Shown in pieces: positions 19,788 to 30,845 of a DNA stretch of 64,000 bases; position 1 is the first letter of the stretch; each line of letters begins with the position of its first letter. The position numbers and the translations under genes are program-made. The DNA is from Longimicrobiales bacterium (GTDB lineage: Bacteria; Gemmatimonadota; Gemmatimonadetes; Longimicrobiales; Gaopeijiaceae): assembly GCA_965203485.1 (NCBI GenBank), contig OZ241892.1, forward strand, positions 288,001 to 352,000, read 5' to 3'. Below the pieces are notes generated by a model. The model saw only the letters and a program-made list of their open reading frames with translations, ran no database searches and was not told the DNA's origin.

Positions 19788-20711
19788 ATGGCCCGTCCGT
19801 CCGCCGCCGCCGTGGTCCGCCAAGCGCTCAAGCGCGCCCTCCTGCCTCGCCACGTGGCCCGCTGGATGCGCCGTCGTCGCGAGCCCGGCCTGCCCACCGC
19901 CGCCGCCAACGCGCAGTTGCGGCTCTACAGCCGGATGTTGCCGGGCGACTTCCTCCACTACGGCTACTTCGACGATCCCGAGACGCCGGCCGAGGCCGTG
20001 AGCTTCGCCGACCTCCACGAGGCGCAGCTCCGCTACGCGCGCCTGCTCGTCGGCATGGTCGGACGCCCGCGCGGTCCCGTGCTGGACGCGGGCTCCGGCA
20101 TGGGCGGAATGCTGGCCCTTCTGCGCGAGGCGGGGCACGATCCGACCGGACTCACGCCCGACCGCTTTCAGGTGGACCACATCCGGCGGGCCTATCCGGG
20201 CGTTCCCGTGCTCCATTGCCGCTTCGAGGACTTGCCGGCTCGCGAGCGCCGGGGCCGCTTCGGCGCTGTCGTGCACTCCGAGTCCCTTCAGTACATGGAC
20301 CCGTCCCGGGCCCTCGCCGTAGTCGAGGAGGCGCTGGCTCCCGGCGGCAAGTGGATCGTCGCCGACTACTTCCGCGTGGCGGACGGCGGAGAGCGCTCCG
20401 GCTGGCCCGCGGAGGCGTTTCGGGAGCGGGTCGCCGGGGCGGGATTTCGGATCGCGAGCGAACGGGACGTGACCCCCAACGTCGTGCCGACGTTGCGGTT
20501 CGCGCAGATGCTGGGCGAGCGGCTGGGCCTGCCGTTGCTGGACTTTGCGCGCGACAAGCTTCGGGCGAAGAATCCCGTCGTCCATTACGTTCTCGAGGAC
20601 GCCGCGGGGCAGGTTCGGAACGCGGCGGCCGACGCGCTGGCCGCGCTGGACCCGGAGGACTTCGCGGCGCGGAAGCGATACTTGCTCCTGGAGATGCGCC
20701 GAAGGGACTAG
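19788..20711 (+). CDS. Class I SAM-dependent methyltransferase
   Basis: FLHYGYF, VLDAGSGMGG, SESLQY, LAPGG; RBS ggagg upstream; start uncertain. Confidence 0.8.
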   Translation: MARPSAAAVVRQALKRALLPRHVARWMRRRREPGLPTAAANAQLRLYSRMLPGDFLHYGYFDDPETPAEAVSFADLHEAQLRYARLLVGMVGRPRGPVLDAGSGMGGMLALLREAGHDPTGLTPDRFQVDHIRRAYPGVPVLHCRFEDLPARERRGRFGAVVHSESLQYMDPSRALAVVEEALAPGGKWIVADYFRVADGGERSGWPAEAFRERVAGAGFRIASERDVTPNVVPTLRFAQMLGERLGLPLLDFARDKLRAKNPVVHYVLEDAAGQVRNAAADALAALDPEDFAARKRYLLLEMRRRD

Positions 20712-20802
20712 GAGTTGGGAGATGGGCGGGCGGTGCCAGCAGATGCCGACGGGGCTGGCCGGTCTCGTCCAGGGCGTGGCCTGGTGAACGACCGAAAGGA
20801 CG

Positions 20803-21975
20803 GTGGCAACGATGTTGCAGGCACGGAAGGGTGCAGCGGGCGTGGCCATGGCGTGCGTGGTGGACGCGGCGATCGGCCTCCTGGTCGGTTGGCCGGCGGG
20901 ACCCGCCGATTGCGGTTGGGGTGCGTTGGGCGCCGCGCCGGCGCGGGCCCAGGAGATGACCGTCGAGGAGTACGAGCCGAGAACGACGCTGGTCGTGCCG
21001 GGAAACCCGCTGACGCGGGCGCGCTTTCCGTTCGTGGACGTCCACGGGCATCAGCGCGCGGCCCGGATGTCCGCCGCCGACGTGGACCGCTTGGTGGCGG
21101 ACATGGACGAACTCAACATGGCGGTCATGGTGAACTTGTCGGGCGGCAACGGCGCGGCGCTGGCCGACGGCTTGGCCAAGATGGCCGGACGCCACCCCGG
21201 CCGGTTCGTCTTCTTCGCCAATACGGACTTTCGCGGCGTGGGCGACCCCGGATGGGGCGAACGAGCGGCGGCTCAGCTGGCGGACGACGTGGCCCGCGGC
21301 GCCGTCGGCCTCAAGATCTTCAAGGGCCTTGGAATGTCCTACCGGGACACCGACGGCCAGCGCATCGCCGTCGACGACCCCCGGCTGGCGCCGCTCTGGG
21401 ACAAGGCCGGCGAGCTGGGCGTCCCCGTGCTCATCCACACGGCGGACCCGGCCGAGTTCTGGCAGGCCCACGACCGCTTCAACGAACGCTGGCTGGAACT
21501 CAAGCTGCGCCCGCGCCGCATCCGCCCGCCCGGCGAGCATCCGTCCTTCGAAGAGCTCATCGCCGAGCAGCACGACCTCTTCCGCGCCCATCCGGGCACC
21601 AACTTCATCTCGGCGCACCTGGGCTGGCTGGGCCACGACCTCGCCCGCCTGGGCCGCCTGCTCGACGAGCTGCCCAACATGTACGTCGGCCTGGGCGCCG
21701 TCCTCTACGAAATCGGGCGGCAGCCCCGCTTCGCCCGCGATTGGCTGATCGAATACCAGGACCGCGTCCTCATGGGCAAGGACTCCTACAACAAGGAGGA
21801 GTTCCACACCTACTTCCGCGTCTTCGAGACCACGGACGACTACTTCGACTACTACCGGCGCTATCACGCCTTCTGGAAGATGTACGGCCTGGGCCTGCCC
21901 GACGAAGTCCTGCGCAAGATCTACTACGAGAACGCGCTGAAGATCGTCCCTGGCATCGACCGGTCGCTGTTCTAG
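20803..21975 (+). CDS. Amidohydrolase_2 family protein, secreted
   Basis: VDVHGH, GLKIFK, VLIHTADP, ISAHLG, MGKD. Confidence 0.85.
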   Translation: MATMLQARKGAAGVAMACVVDAAIGLLVGWPAGPADCGWGALGAAPARAQEMTVEEYEPRTTLVVPGNPLTRARFPFVDVHGHQRAARMSAADVDRLVADMDELNMAVMVNLSGGNGAALADGLAKMAGRHPGRFVFFANTDFRGVGDPGWGERAAAQLADDVARGAVGLKIFKGLGMSYRDTDGQRIAVDDPRLAPLWDKAGELGVPVLIHTADPAEFWQAHDRFNERWLELKLRPRRIRPPGEHPSFEELIAEQHDLFRAHPGTNFISAHLGWLGHDLARLGRLLDELPNMYVGLGAVLYEIGRQPRFARDWLIEYQDRVLMGKDSYNKEEFHTYFRVFETTDDYFDYYRRYHAFWKMYGLGLPDEVLRKIYYENALKIVPGIDRSLF

Positions 21976-22040
21976 GGAGCGGGGACAACGCTTCGTCCCG
22001 CCATGGCGCGGTCCGTCCAAGGTCCACGAAAGGGAGAGCC

Positions 22041-23102
22041 ATGAAGATTCTTGCCACGGCGGCGTTGTCTTGCGTGGCGGGTCTGGCGGCGGCCGGGAGA
22101 CCGGCCGCCGCCGTCCAGCACGCGTCGTCGCATCCGTTGGAGGTCGAGGTCCGCGAGGTGTGGAGCACGTACGGAGACCCGGGCTTCGGATATCCGCAGG
22201 GCATGTTCCAGTGGCCTGACGGCACGGTCTGGATTGGCGACGACCAGGCGTCGGAGGTATGGGAACTCTCGGCTGACGGAACGGAGTCGAAACGGGTTCT
22301 CCGCGAGGGCGAGGGCCCGGGCGAACTCGCTCGCGTGTTTCGAATCGTGCCGTACCGGGACGGCGGAGTTGTCGTGCAAGACAATCGGGGCTTCCTGTTC
22401 TTCGGCGCGGACAAACGGTTCGTTCGACAGATGAAGTGGGGCGGCCCGATTTGGTCGGACGACGTGATGGCGGCTCCGAACGGCGACTTGATCGTCATCG
22501 GCGGCTTCGCTTACGAAGATCACGAGCTGGCGCGCTACGCCGTTCACCGAATCGACAGGAGGCGCGGATGGCCCGTGAAGAGCTGGCACCCGGCCGCCGC
22601 CCACCGGCGGTGGCAGACCGTTCGCGAGACCACGGGCGGATCGGTTGCCCTCCCCAGGGACGGAGGGCTCCTGGTGTCCGACGCGGCGCCGTTCAGGATC
22701 ACCCGCTATGCCGACCTGATGGGCAGCGGCGCGCAACTCGTGATCGAAGACGAGGACGTGGTGTCCGCGTCGGAGCTGGACCGTGCGGTGACGTACCTGC
22801 CCGACGGCGGCTTCCGAACCACGACGGCCTGGACGCGGTCGGTCTTCGTCCACGAGCTGGAGGACGGCAACATTCTGAACGTCGTGATGGTGAACCCCCC
22901 GGAACCCGCGGACGCCAAGACGAGCACCGAATGGCTGGTCGTTTCGCCGGACGGACGCATCTTGGCCCGGGTGCCCGTCGCGAAGGGATACAAGGTCTGG
23001 AGCGCGACGCCCGACGGCCACTATTTGGCGACGTGCTGGGACTACGACTCCTTGCAGTTCGCGGTGGTGAAGCTGGAAGCGGTGGTGTCGCCAAGCCCGT
23101 GA
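22041..23102 (+). CDS. Secreted beta-propeller-like protein
   Basis: RBS agggagag, signal peptide MKILATAALSC, GEGPGEL motif. Confidence 0.65.
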   Translation: MKILATAALSCVAGLAAAGRPAAAVQHASSHPLEVEVREVWSTYGDPGFGYPQGMFQWPDGTVWIGDDQASEVWELSADGTESKRVLREGEGPGELARVFRIVPYRDGGVVVQDNRGFLFFGADKRFVRQMKWGGPIWSDDVMAAPNGDLIVIGGFAYEDHELARYAVHRIDRRRGWPVKSWHPAAAHRRWQTVRETTGGSVALPRDGGLLVSDAAPFRITRYADLMGSGAQLVIEDEDVVSASELDRAVTYLPDGGFRTTTAWTRSVFVHELEDGNILNVVMVNPPEPADAKTSTEWLVVSPDGRILARVPVAKGYKVWSATPDGHYLATCWDYDSLQFAVVKLEAVVSPSP

Positions 23103-23174
23103 GCCGAAACGCGCGCCTTTCGTCGCGAGACCGAACGGGACTGCGTTGTTCTGGCCAAGGGACGGAGGCGGGCC

Positions 23175-24350
23175 CTACCGGCCGCCCGGCCGCGTGATTC
23201 GGTACACGTCCACATAGTCGAGGTCGAGGCTGTCGCGCCGGATCGTCACGACGTGCTCCGCGCCGAACGCCGGAACGCCGATCCTGGCGGGGGCCTGGAC
23301 ACGGGCCAGCGGCCGTCCGTCCGGGTCGAAGACGTCCCAGCGGTCTCCGCCGGCCGCCGCAACTTCGATCCACACGCGACCGTCCGGAGCGACGAACAGC
23401 GCCTTGAGGATGGGCTTCGCCGACGGCTTGCCCGGCAGGTCCGGCTCGCACGCGCCTGGATTCTCCGCCTTCGCGGACCGGATCGGCTCGGTTCTCCTCT
23501 CCCACTCGGCGTCGGTCACGGGGGCCGCGTCCGCTTGGCCTTCGATGACGCGCACGGTGTCTGCGCCTTGGGTCGCGACGATTCTGTAGGCGCCGGTCAT
23601 GGCCGAGTACAACAGGCCGCCGGGCCCCGGATGCTGAATCAGCCTGGGCGCGAACGGAATCTGGTAGAACGCCATGACTTCGCCCCGGTCGCACACGATG
23701 TGGGAGCTCGGTCCCTCCGGTTGAGGCGACACAGGGATCGCAACGCCCGTCGGGCCGACGGGACCGTGGCCGGCGTAGACGTGACGCCAGTCGTCTTCGG
23801 CGTCGAAGTCGTCCACGTAAGCTTCGGTCGCCCCGACGCTGTACAGCCGCAGTCCCGACCCCGAGATGCCGCTGGCCGTCTCGCGCTGGCCCAGGTGATC
23901 GCCCGCCGCGGAGAACTCGCTGATGCGCCTGTTGCCGTAGTCGAGCGCAAACAGCCGGTCCCCGACCCACGCGATCGAATAGAGGGACTCGAACTCGCCC
24001 GGTCCTTCGCCCCGGCGCCCGAAGCTGCGGCGATGCGAGCCGTCCAGTCCGAAGACGCGCACTTCGAAGTTCAGGCCGTCGGCGACGAACACTTCGCCGT
24101 CCGGTCCTAGAGCGACGCCCGACACCCGGCCGAATTCCTCCGGGCCCGGCTCGTCCGAGAGAGCCCCCGCGCCAATGCTTGCAACGAGCGTCAAGTCCCA
24201 TTCGGCCGGGGCCGCGAACTCACCGGCATCGCCGCCGCCGGTTTCACAAGCCGTTGCGAGCAGGGCGGCGACCAACCAACCGGCGGTCTTGGGGATCGGT
24301 CGCCCGGTTGCGGTCCGTGCTGTCGAGTTCTTGCGGCTGGGCTTGGTCAT
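23175..24350 (-). CDS. 6-bladed beta-propeller lipoprotein
   Basis: LATAC lipobox, FGRRGEGPGEF, RDSLDLDYV. Confidence 0.8.
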   Translation of the reverse strand: MTKPSRKNSTARTATGRPIPKTAGWLVAALLATACETGGGDAGEFAAPAEWDLTLVASIGAGALSDEPGPEEFGRVSGVALGPDGEVFVADGLNFEVRVFGLDGSHRRSFGRRGEGPGEFESLYSIAWVGDRLFALDYGNRRISEFSAAGDHLGQRETASGISGSGLRLYSVGATEAYVDDFDAEDDWRHVYAGHGPVGPTGVAIPVSPQPEGPSSHIVCDRGEVMAFYQIPFAPRLIQHPGPGGLLYSAMTGAYRIVATQGADTVRVIEGQADAAPVTDAEWERRTEPIRSAKAENPGACEPDLPGKPSAKPILKALFVAPDGRVWIEVAAAGGDRWDVFDPDGRPLARVQAPARIGVPAFGAEHVVTIRRDSLDLDYVDVYRITRPGGR

Positions 24351-24417
24351 TTGCAGGGGTCCCGTCGTTGTGGGCTACGCAGTGGCGGGTCGAAGATCCA
24401 ATCAATCAATCAGGAAT

Positions 24418-25599
24418 CTAATGACGTTCGATGGCGCCGAAGTCGATTGCGACGACCAGCGTGTCGGCCGCCGGGTCGTGCTCGAAGCGGATGAATCCGA
24501 ACTTGTCCAAGCGTTCGAGTTCCCGCACGAAGGTGCGGCGCGTGACGTGGCGGTAGACCTCCATCACGAACGGCGACTGCAAGAGTTCCGCCAGCCGGAC
24601 CTGCCGCGAGGGTTCGGCCGCGAAGGGGTCCTCCGGCTCCGTCTCTTCCAGCAGATAAAGGAGCAGGCTGTATTCCCGGCGGTTGAGGAGCTTGCGGCGC
24701 TTCCCGACTCTCTCGCTGGTCGCTCTCGTCATCATGTCGCGGTAGACCACGCGGTTCAGCTTCGTCTGGATGAAGTTGTTGATGCCGTGAAGTTCGTGGG
24801 CGAAGCCTTCGAGGCCGAACTCCACGAACGGCCCGAGGTCGAACGGTTGCCGGCAACGGCATTCCTGCAGCAGCATCTTGTACTTGTCGCCGTGGACGTA
24901 GAAGAAGTTGGAGAGGCCGTAGAAGCCGTGCACGTTGTAGCCGCCCTGGTAGAGCACGGCGGCCTCCACGAGGCGCGACACGCGGCCGTTTCCGTCGCCG
25001 AACGGATGGATGGTGACCAGAAAGAAGTGCGCGAGCAACGCGCGGACGACCGGATGTTCGGAGCGCATCCGGGGCGACCTGAGGAATTCCACGAACTCGG
25101 CCGTCAGCCGCTCGATCCGGGGATGAGGGGCGCCGCGATGGACCCCGCCCAAGGCCGTGGTTCCCACCTGCACGTCGTGGGTCCGAAGCCGGCCCGGGAG
25201 GTTGTTGATTTCGTCGGACTCGATCGTCATGCGCCGGTGCATGTGGAGGATGTCGTTCGTGGACAGCGGCGGGGCGCCGTGGCCGAACCGCGACCGCACC
25301 CACTCCTGGGCGTCCGCGGCGTTGCGCACCTGCTGCCGCTCCACCGTGCGAGCGGCCTCCCGGGCCTCGCCGTCCAGGACCCGGGCGACCTGCTGTTCGG
25401 AGAGCGGGTTGCCTTCGAGTCCGGTCGTGCCGCGGATCGCCCGGATGCGGTTGAGCCGGTCGAGCCGCTCCTTCCAAGCCGGCGGAAGGACGAGAACGCG
25501 CGCCGCCTCCCGGTACGCCTCGATCTGCACCAGCAAGCGTCGGAGCTTGGGGGCCGCCGTGTCGAGGCGGTAGTCGAACCGAAAGCAGTCCCAGTCCAT
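24418..25599 (-). CDS. Fic family protein
   Basis: TIHPFGDGNGRVSR canonical Fic motif; TTGLEGN; RBS gaaggag before ATG 25599. Confidence 0.9.
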   Translation of the reverse strand: MDWDCFRFDYRLDTAAPKLRRLLVQIEAYREAARVLVLPPAWKERLDRLNRIRAIRGTTGLEGNPLSEQQVARVLDGEAREAARTVERQQVRNAADAQEWVRSRFGHGAPPLSTNDILHMHRRMTIESDEINNLPGRLRTHDVQVGTTALGGVHRGAPHPRIERLTAEFVEFLRSPRMRSEHPVVRALLAHFFLVTIHPFGDGNGRVSRLVEAAVLYQGGYNVHGFYGLSNFFYVHGDKYKMLLQECRCRQPFDLGPFVEFGLEGFAHELHGINNFIQTKLNRVVYRDMMTRATSERVGKRRKLLNRREYSLLLYLLEETEPEDPFAAEPSRQVRLAELLQSPFVMEVYRHVTRRTFVRELERLDKFGFIRFEHDPAADTLVVAIDFGAIERH

Positions 25600-25656
25600 C
25601 GAGTGCTCCTTCTTTGACACGTTCTTTGGGATCGTAAGTCCTTATTGTAGCGCAAG

Positions 25657-28600
25657 TTACGATTCTACACCATCGATACGCGGCGTGTTTCTTGACCAGC
25701 TTCTTGCCCGCCGACCATCGGCCTCGGGCTCGATTCCCAGCCAGCAGATCAGCTCTACTTCGCTCGGCTCGATGACAGGCAGCAGCGGGGGCGGCCGCAG
25801 GGGCTCCAGTCCCGTGCTCAGGACTTGGTTGATCAAGCGCTGCGACAGTGCGGGCCCGCGAAGGTCCCTGCGTGAGCCGGATGCGGACGGGTCACCGTCT
25901 TCCGGCGGCTGATCGGCCGAGCCGAACCACTTTCGCAGCATCATCTCTTCCCGCCGTGGCCAGGGCGACTCCAGCACTTCGACGGCATGGCGCACGCGGT
26001 CGTCCGGCGCGTCGGGCGGCGGATTGTCCCGGATGAAGGCCGCGACCCGCCGGTTCAGAGGCCGAAGCCTGGGCTGGAGGTTGGCGGGGTCGGTCTCGCG
26101 CATCCACCGTTCCCAGATGTCCTGGCGGGCCAACTCCCAGAAGTCGAAGGCGCGTTCCTGGACTACCGGGGGGAACCAAGTCGGCGTGTCCTCTTCGCAC
26201 TCGACGAGACGAAGGCAGGCGCCAACCTCGGCTTCGACGGGAGCGGAGCGGTCGGGCGACCAGTCGGCGGTGGCCGGAACAAAGCGCAGATAGGTTCGCT
26301 CCAGCTTGGCGCCATGGCCGACGACGGCACAGAAGAAGATGCCCCGGCGCGCTCCCCTCGTCATCCCGGAGCCGGTCTTCCAAGGCATCTCCACGATGCG
26401 ACGGCGGTTGGTGTGGAGCGCCTTGCGCAACGTCTGGCGGTACTCTTCGCCAGTCTGGGCCGCCCCTGCCGTCCCGCCGCGCTCGAACAGCGAGGCGTCC
26501 TCTCGCAATAGCTTCTCGATTTCTTCCCGAGTCTCCGTGAAGACTTGGCCGCCGTGGGCCGCTCCTTCAATGGGAGCCGCCACGCCCACGCTGGCCGCCG
26601 CCATCGCAAGCTTCGCGAGGATGCGTTGCTCGAGGTTGAGCAACCGGTCGAGCCGATCCACGGGAAAGATCGTGCGGAGGAAGACGCGACGATGCGGGCT
26701 GCCGATCCGGTCGATGCGGCCGTGCCGCTGGACGAGACGCATCGGGTTCCACGGCATGTCGAAGTTGACTACGTGACGGCACTGCTGAAGGTTGACGCCC
26801 TCGGCCAGCACGTCGGTGGAGACCAGGATGTCGAAGCGGTCTGCATCGCTCCCGGCCGGGGCACCCATGGACAGAGGAGCGAACCCCTGGACCGCTTGCA
26901 GGCGGGACTCGGCTTCGTGGCTGGAGCCCGTTGCCGTCGCGACGCGGCCGCGGTAGGGCTCCAATCCGGGGTGCTCTTCTACGGCGTCCGCCAAGTAGCG
27001 GCGTATCCAGTCCACCGTGTCTGCGAAGGACGAGAACACCAGGACCTTGCGCTTCTGGCGCTCGTCGCCGGAGTGACTGGCCTCGGCCTCCGCCTGCGCG
27101 GCGATATCCGCCAAGGCGCCTGCCAGGGCCCTCAGCTTCGGGTCTTGCTCGATCGTGATCTTGGCCGCGTCGGCGACTAGCGCCCGGAGAAGACTGCGAT
27201 CCCGCTCCACTTGGCGCCGAAGTCGTGCAGCATCGTATAGGGCTGCGTCAGCGTAGAGTCGTTCGTCGGGGTCGCCGTCCGCCAACGCCAGCAACTCCTT
27301 GATGCCGGTCTCGTCGTCGGCCGAGAGTTCGCTGAGGAAGGTGGTGGTCACCACGTATCCGGCGTCCAACGCATCCAAGAACCTGTCGTGGGTGGCGGCC
27401 ATGCGCTCAGCGGTCGTTCTGAAGGCGTGCGCCGAGGACTCGAAGCGCTTCAGCAGGCCCGATCGCAGCAGTCCCACCACGGCGCGAGCGCGGGCGTTCT
27501 CTTCCGGGTCGCCGGTGTCCCGCAAGTATGCGGCAGGCGTGTAGCGTGCAAAGGCGATCGCTTTCCCGCCGTCGGGGTCCAGCGCCGCCTCCAAACGGTC
27601 GAAGAAGCCGGGCAGGCGCTTGTCCAGCGCATAGCGAACCGTGACCGCTCGGGGCGATGGAAACTCGATGTGGCGGGGCTGGCCGTCGGGTCCCGGTATC
27701 GTGTCGCCTGCGTAATGCTTGCGCACGAACTGGCGGGTGCGCTTGACGGTCGTGGCGTCGATGATCGGGTACAGGAGATCCGGACTCAAGTTGGACGGAT
27801 CCTCGCGCATGGCCGCCTCGAACCGGCCGCGAATCGAGAGAATCCCCCGATCCGCCAGATGCGCGTCTTGGCGAAGGAAGAAGCGGACCAGGTGGTACAG
27901 GTCCCAAAGTGAGTTGTTGACCGGCGTTGCCGTGAGCAACAGCAAGTCGCGTCGGCGTCCGAAGAGAAGACGCCTCAGCGTGGCGGCCCGCGTCGGCGCG
28001 TCCGGATTGCGGTAGTTGTGAGCTTCGTCCACGACGACGAGCTGGTACTCGTCCAACGGGCGCTGCAGATGTTGGCGGCCGGGGCGGTCGGCGTCCGGCG
28101 TCAACAGTTGCGCGTCGTTGGCCAGCTGCTCGTACGACAGGGACTCGGCGAAGAGCTGGTATTGGGACAGGAACTTCTTCCAGGTCGTGTCGCGCAACGC
28201 GGCAGGGCAGATCAAGAGCACGCGTTGCCGCCGGTCGCGGTAGAGCTGAAGGACCTCGCCTGCGATGAAGGTCTTGCCCAGCCCTACTTCGTCGGCGACG
28301 ATCGCCCCGCCCGTTGCATTGATCAAACGTAGCGCCCGCGCCACGCCGTGCTTCTGGAAGCTCGTCAGCGGCAGATTGTCGTCGGCCTCCGCGTCCTTGT
28401 CGACTTCGTCGCCGTACAGTTGCCAGAGCACGCGAAGGAACACGTCCCAAGGCGTGCGCGGCAACAAGAGTTCCTCGAAGAGGTCGACCAGGTCGTAGGG
28501 GTCGGCGTCGTCCCAGAGGTCGTCGAACCAGTGCTTGGCCTTTTCTACGGTGGCGGTGTCGTCGCGACCCAGGCTCAGTTCGCGGTTGGCGGTCAGGCCG

Positions 28601-29136
28601 GCGGCGGTCAGGTTGGAAGAACCGGCAAGGACGCCTCCCGTCAGGATGTACGCCTTGGCGTGAAGGAACGCCTTCTCGTACCGGCGAACCTCGACGTTGC
28701 CGGACTTCAGCGCCCCGACCAGCGTGGCCAAGCTGGCCCGTCCGGCGTAGGTGAACGGCAACCGGTCCCGCTCTCGCCGAAGTTCCGTCGTCATACGGGC
28801 AAGGCACTCGCCGACGCAACGCCGGTCGAAGACGGCCTTTGGTTCGCCTAGTTGTCGTCGGCAAGGGGGGCGGCCTTGCGCCGCCAAGTCGGCGCCGAGC
28901 AAGAGGCGTACCATAGGGACTGCGGCCAGCCCGTCCGCGATCTGCGCGAAGCCCGCCGGGCTGAAGTAGGCGGTGGCGATCCGCGCCTCGCTGGGCGCCG
29001 CGGTCTCCGGCGCGCTGGAGGACTCGGGAACAGGGGTTGCCACGCCCAACAACGCTCCGAGAGCGTGCGCGAGGGTGTTGCCGTCAAGGTTGTCGACGAA
29101 GGTCGGAAACTGTTCCGCCGACGCCGATGCCGTCAT
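25657..29136 (-). CDS. PLD-nuclease + SNF2-family helicase fusion
   Basis: FLHAKAY...GSSNLT (PLD); ADEVGLGKT, DEAH, TATP, LAEGVNLQ, QRHGRIDRIG. Confidence 0.9.
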   Translation of the reverse strand: MTASASAEQFPTFVDNLDGNTLAHALGALLGVATPVPESSSAPETAAPSEARIATAYFSPAGFAQIADGLAAVPMVRLLLGADLAAQGRPPCRRQLGEPKAVFDRRCVGECLARMTTELRRERDRLPFTYAGRASLATLVGALKSGNVEVRRYEKAFLHAKAYILTGGVLAGSSNLTAAGLTANRELSLGRDDTATVEKAKHWFDDLWDDADPYDLVDLFEELLLPRTPWDVFLRVLWQLYGDEVDKDAEADDNLPLTSFQKHGVARALRLINATGGAIVADEVGLGKTFIAGEVLQLYRDRRQRVLLICPAALRDTTWKKFLSQYQLFAESLSYEQLANDAQLLTPDADRPGRQHLQRPLDEYQLVVVDEAHNYRNPDAPTRAATLRRLLFGRRRDLLLLTATPVNNSLWDLYHLVRFFLRQDAHLADRGILSIRGRFEAAMREDPSNLSPDLLYPIIDATTVKRTRQFVRKHYAGDTIPGPDGQPRHIEFPSPRAVTVRYALDKRLPGFFDRLEAALDPDGGKAIAFARYTPAAYLRDTGDPEENARARAVVGLLRSGLLKRFESSAHAFRTTAERMAATHDRFLDALDAGYVVTTTFLSELSADDETGIKELLALADGDPDERLYADAALYDAARLRRQVERDRSLLRALVADAAKITIEQDPKLRALAGALADIAAQAEAEASHSGDERQKRKVLVFSSFADTVDWIRRYLADAVEEHPGLEPYRGRVATATGSSHEAESRLQAVQGFAPLSMGAPAGSDADRFDILVSTDVLAEGVNLQQCRHVVNFDMPWNPMRLVQRHGRIDRIGSPHRRVFLRTIFPVDRLDRLLNLEQRILAKLAMAAASVGVAAPIEGAAHGGQVFTETREEIEKLLREDASLFERGGTAGAAQTGEEYRQTLRKALHTNRRRIVEMPWKTGSGMTRGARRGIFFCAVVGHGAKLERTYLRFVPATADWSPDRSAPVEAEVGACLRLVECEEDTPTWFPPVVQERAFDFWELARQDIWERWMRETDPANLQPRLRPLNRRVAAFIRDNPPPDAPDDRVRHAVEVLESPWPRREEMMLRKWFGSADQPPEDGDPSASGSRRDLRGPALSQRLINQVLSTGLEPLRPPPLLPVIEPSEVELICWLGIEPEADGRRARSWSRNTPRIDGVES

Positions 29137-29630
29137 GATCCAGCCAGGACGAACCGGGCACCGGCGCGTTCCAACATGTCGAAGGGTCTGTACCACTCGA
29201 CGTTAAAGGCTTCGCACGCGTTGGGGATGGGGACGCGCCTCTTGGCCATCTTGGCAGGCTTCTCCATCGTGACGACGGCATGTCCGTGAGCCATTGCGTG
29301 AGCCACCAGGAGCGAGTCGGCCCCCGCCAGGAACGTACCTACCGCTTTGTCGAGGTACTGCTGACCTCCAGCCCATGCTCGGACTCGCGAGTGAGTTCGC
29401 TCAACCAACGGATCGGCATCCAAGAACATCTTCCTGCCCAATCGCTTGGCCCATTGCGCCAGCTGATCGTCCCCGATCGTGAGCTCCCCGAGCACGGCGC
29501 CGACGCTGTACACGAGTCCCTCGGCGTTGCCGTGCTCCAACCACTCCCAGAACCCCGGGCAGACGTTTGGTCGATAATAGTCGTTTGTAGCCGAAATGAA
29601 GACGCTTGTGTCAAGCAGATAACGCATCAA
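29133..29630 (-). CDS. DUF4411 PIN-like protein (putative toxin)
   Basis: YLLDTSVFI, PGFWEWL, ADSLLVAHA..VVTME, IPNACEAFNV. Confidence 0.85.
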   Translation of the reverse strand: MMRYLLDTSVFISATNDYYRPNVCPGFWEWLEHGNAEGLVYSVGAVLGELTIGDDQLAQWAKRLGRKMFLDADPLVERTHSRVRAWAGGQQYLDKAVGTFLAGADSLLVAHAMAHGHAVVTMEKPAKMAKRRVPIPNACEAFNVEWYRPFDMLERAGARFVLAGS

Positions 29631-30805
29631 CGCAGCCCAAGCTCGGTCTTGATCTTGTCGAACGTCTGCTGCTTCTTGATGGCCAGCAGTCGAAACGCCT
29701 CCGTATACAGCGTCCGCCCCGAAAGGGTGTCCGCAATCAGGTCGTACGCGAAACGCTCTCCAATCCGCGTCATCTGTGTTCGAAAGAAATTGCCTCCCGA
29801 ACTGGACCGTGCCTGGGCGTGCCTTCTCAATTCTCCAACGTAGGCTTCTCTAAAGATGTTGGCCGACAAGTATCCGGCATCGCGGAGACGCCGCAGAACG
29901 ACCAGCGAACTGACTTTGAAGTGGGTTGCGAGGCGTTGCAATTTTCGTTGCATCTCTTCGCTCTTCTCGTATTGCTGGCGCAAGGCGTCCAAGGGAACTA
30001 GCAGTTCCGCCGCTACCTGGTTGCACCATTTCTCGGTTCGATGGCTTGTAGCAGACTTTAGCGTAGTGTTCGATAGACCCGTGTTGCCCAGCCAGATGTG
30101 AGCCAGTTCGTGAGCGAGGGTGAACATCTGGGCCGCCTTGGCGTCGGCGCCGTTGACGAAGACGAGGGGCGCCAGTTCGTCGGATAGCGCGAAGCCCCGG
30201 AACTCGTCCACGTCCAGTGGCCGCGACGTGTTGTTTCCCACGACGCCGCTGATCATGACCAGCACGCCCTTGGCGTCGGCGCGGTCGGCGAAGCGACGGA
30301 CGGCCAAGGTCCAGTTGGCGACGTCGCGCCGGTCCTCTACGCGGAAGTCCAGCGTGGACGACATCTGCCGGGCGACCTCGGCGGGGTCGTCGTCCAAGCT
30401 GGCCGAGCCCACAAAATCGACGGGATCGTGTTCCTCTTCCAGGGCGTACTCGTGGTACCAGTCTTGCCTGTCTTGGCACAGGTGGATCGTGTCCAGCAGG
30501 TGCAGACTAGGCTTCCTGGGCTGCTTGCTGCCGACCGTGCGGAAGTCGGCGATGTCCAGCTCGTCCTTCAGGGGACCGCCGGAGAAGAGCGCTCCGAACG
30601 GCGTGTAGGTCGCCCTGGCGAAGCGCTCGAGCTGCCGGTACGTGGGCTTGAGCGTGCCGGCCTCCCACTCCCGGTACTTGGGAAAGCGCCGCTCGATCGT
30701 CTCCACGTCCTTCCCCGAGCGTTCCTGCGCCCATCGGAGCGTCGCCGGTTCTACCGAGACTCGGTAGGGACCGCGTTGCGGCGATTCGTTGATGGGCGTA
30801 GTCAT
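29627..30805 (-). CDS. XRE-HTH + ImmA/IrrE Zn-metallopeptidase
   Basis: WEAGTLKPTYRQLE, EFRGFAL, FTLAHELAH, EKWCNQVAAELL. Confidence 0.9.
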   Translation of the reverse strand: MTTPINESPQRGPYRVSVEPATLRWAQERSGKDVETIERRFPKYREWEAGTLKPTYRQLERFARATYTPFGALFSGGPLKDELDIADFRTVGSKQPRKPSLHLLDTIHLCQDRQDWYHEYALEEEHDPVDFVGSASLDDDPAEVARQMSSTLDFRVEDRRDVANWTLAVRRFADRADAKGVLVMISGVVGNNTSRPLDVDEFRGFALSDELAPLVFVNGADAKAAQMFTLAHELAHIWLGNTGLSNTTLKSATSHRTEKWCNQVAAELLVPLDALRQQYEKSEEMQRKLQRLATHFKVSSLVVLRRLRDAGYLSANIFREAYVGELRRHAQARSSSGGNFFRTQMTRIGERFAYDLIADTLSGRTLYTEAFRLLAIKKQQTFDKIKTELGLR

Positions 30806-30845
30806 CTTGGGCAGACTCTGGTGGACGGTTGGTTTGGGCGAGCCT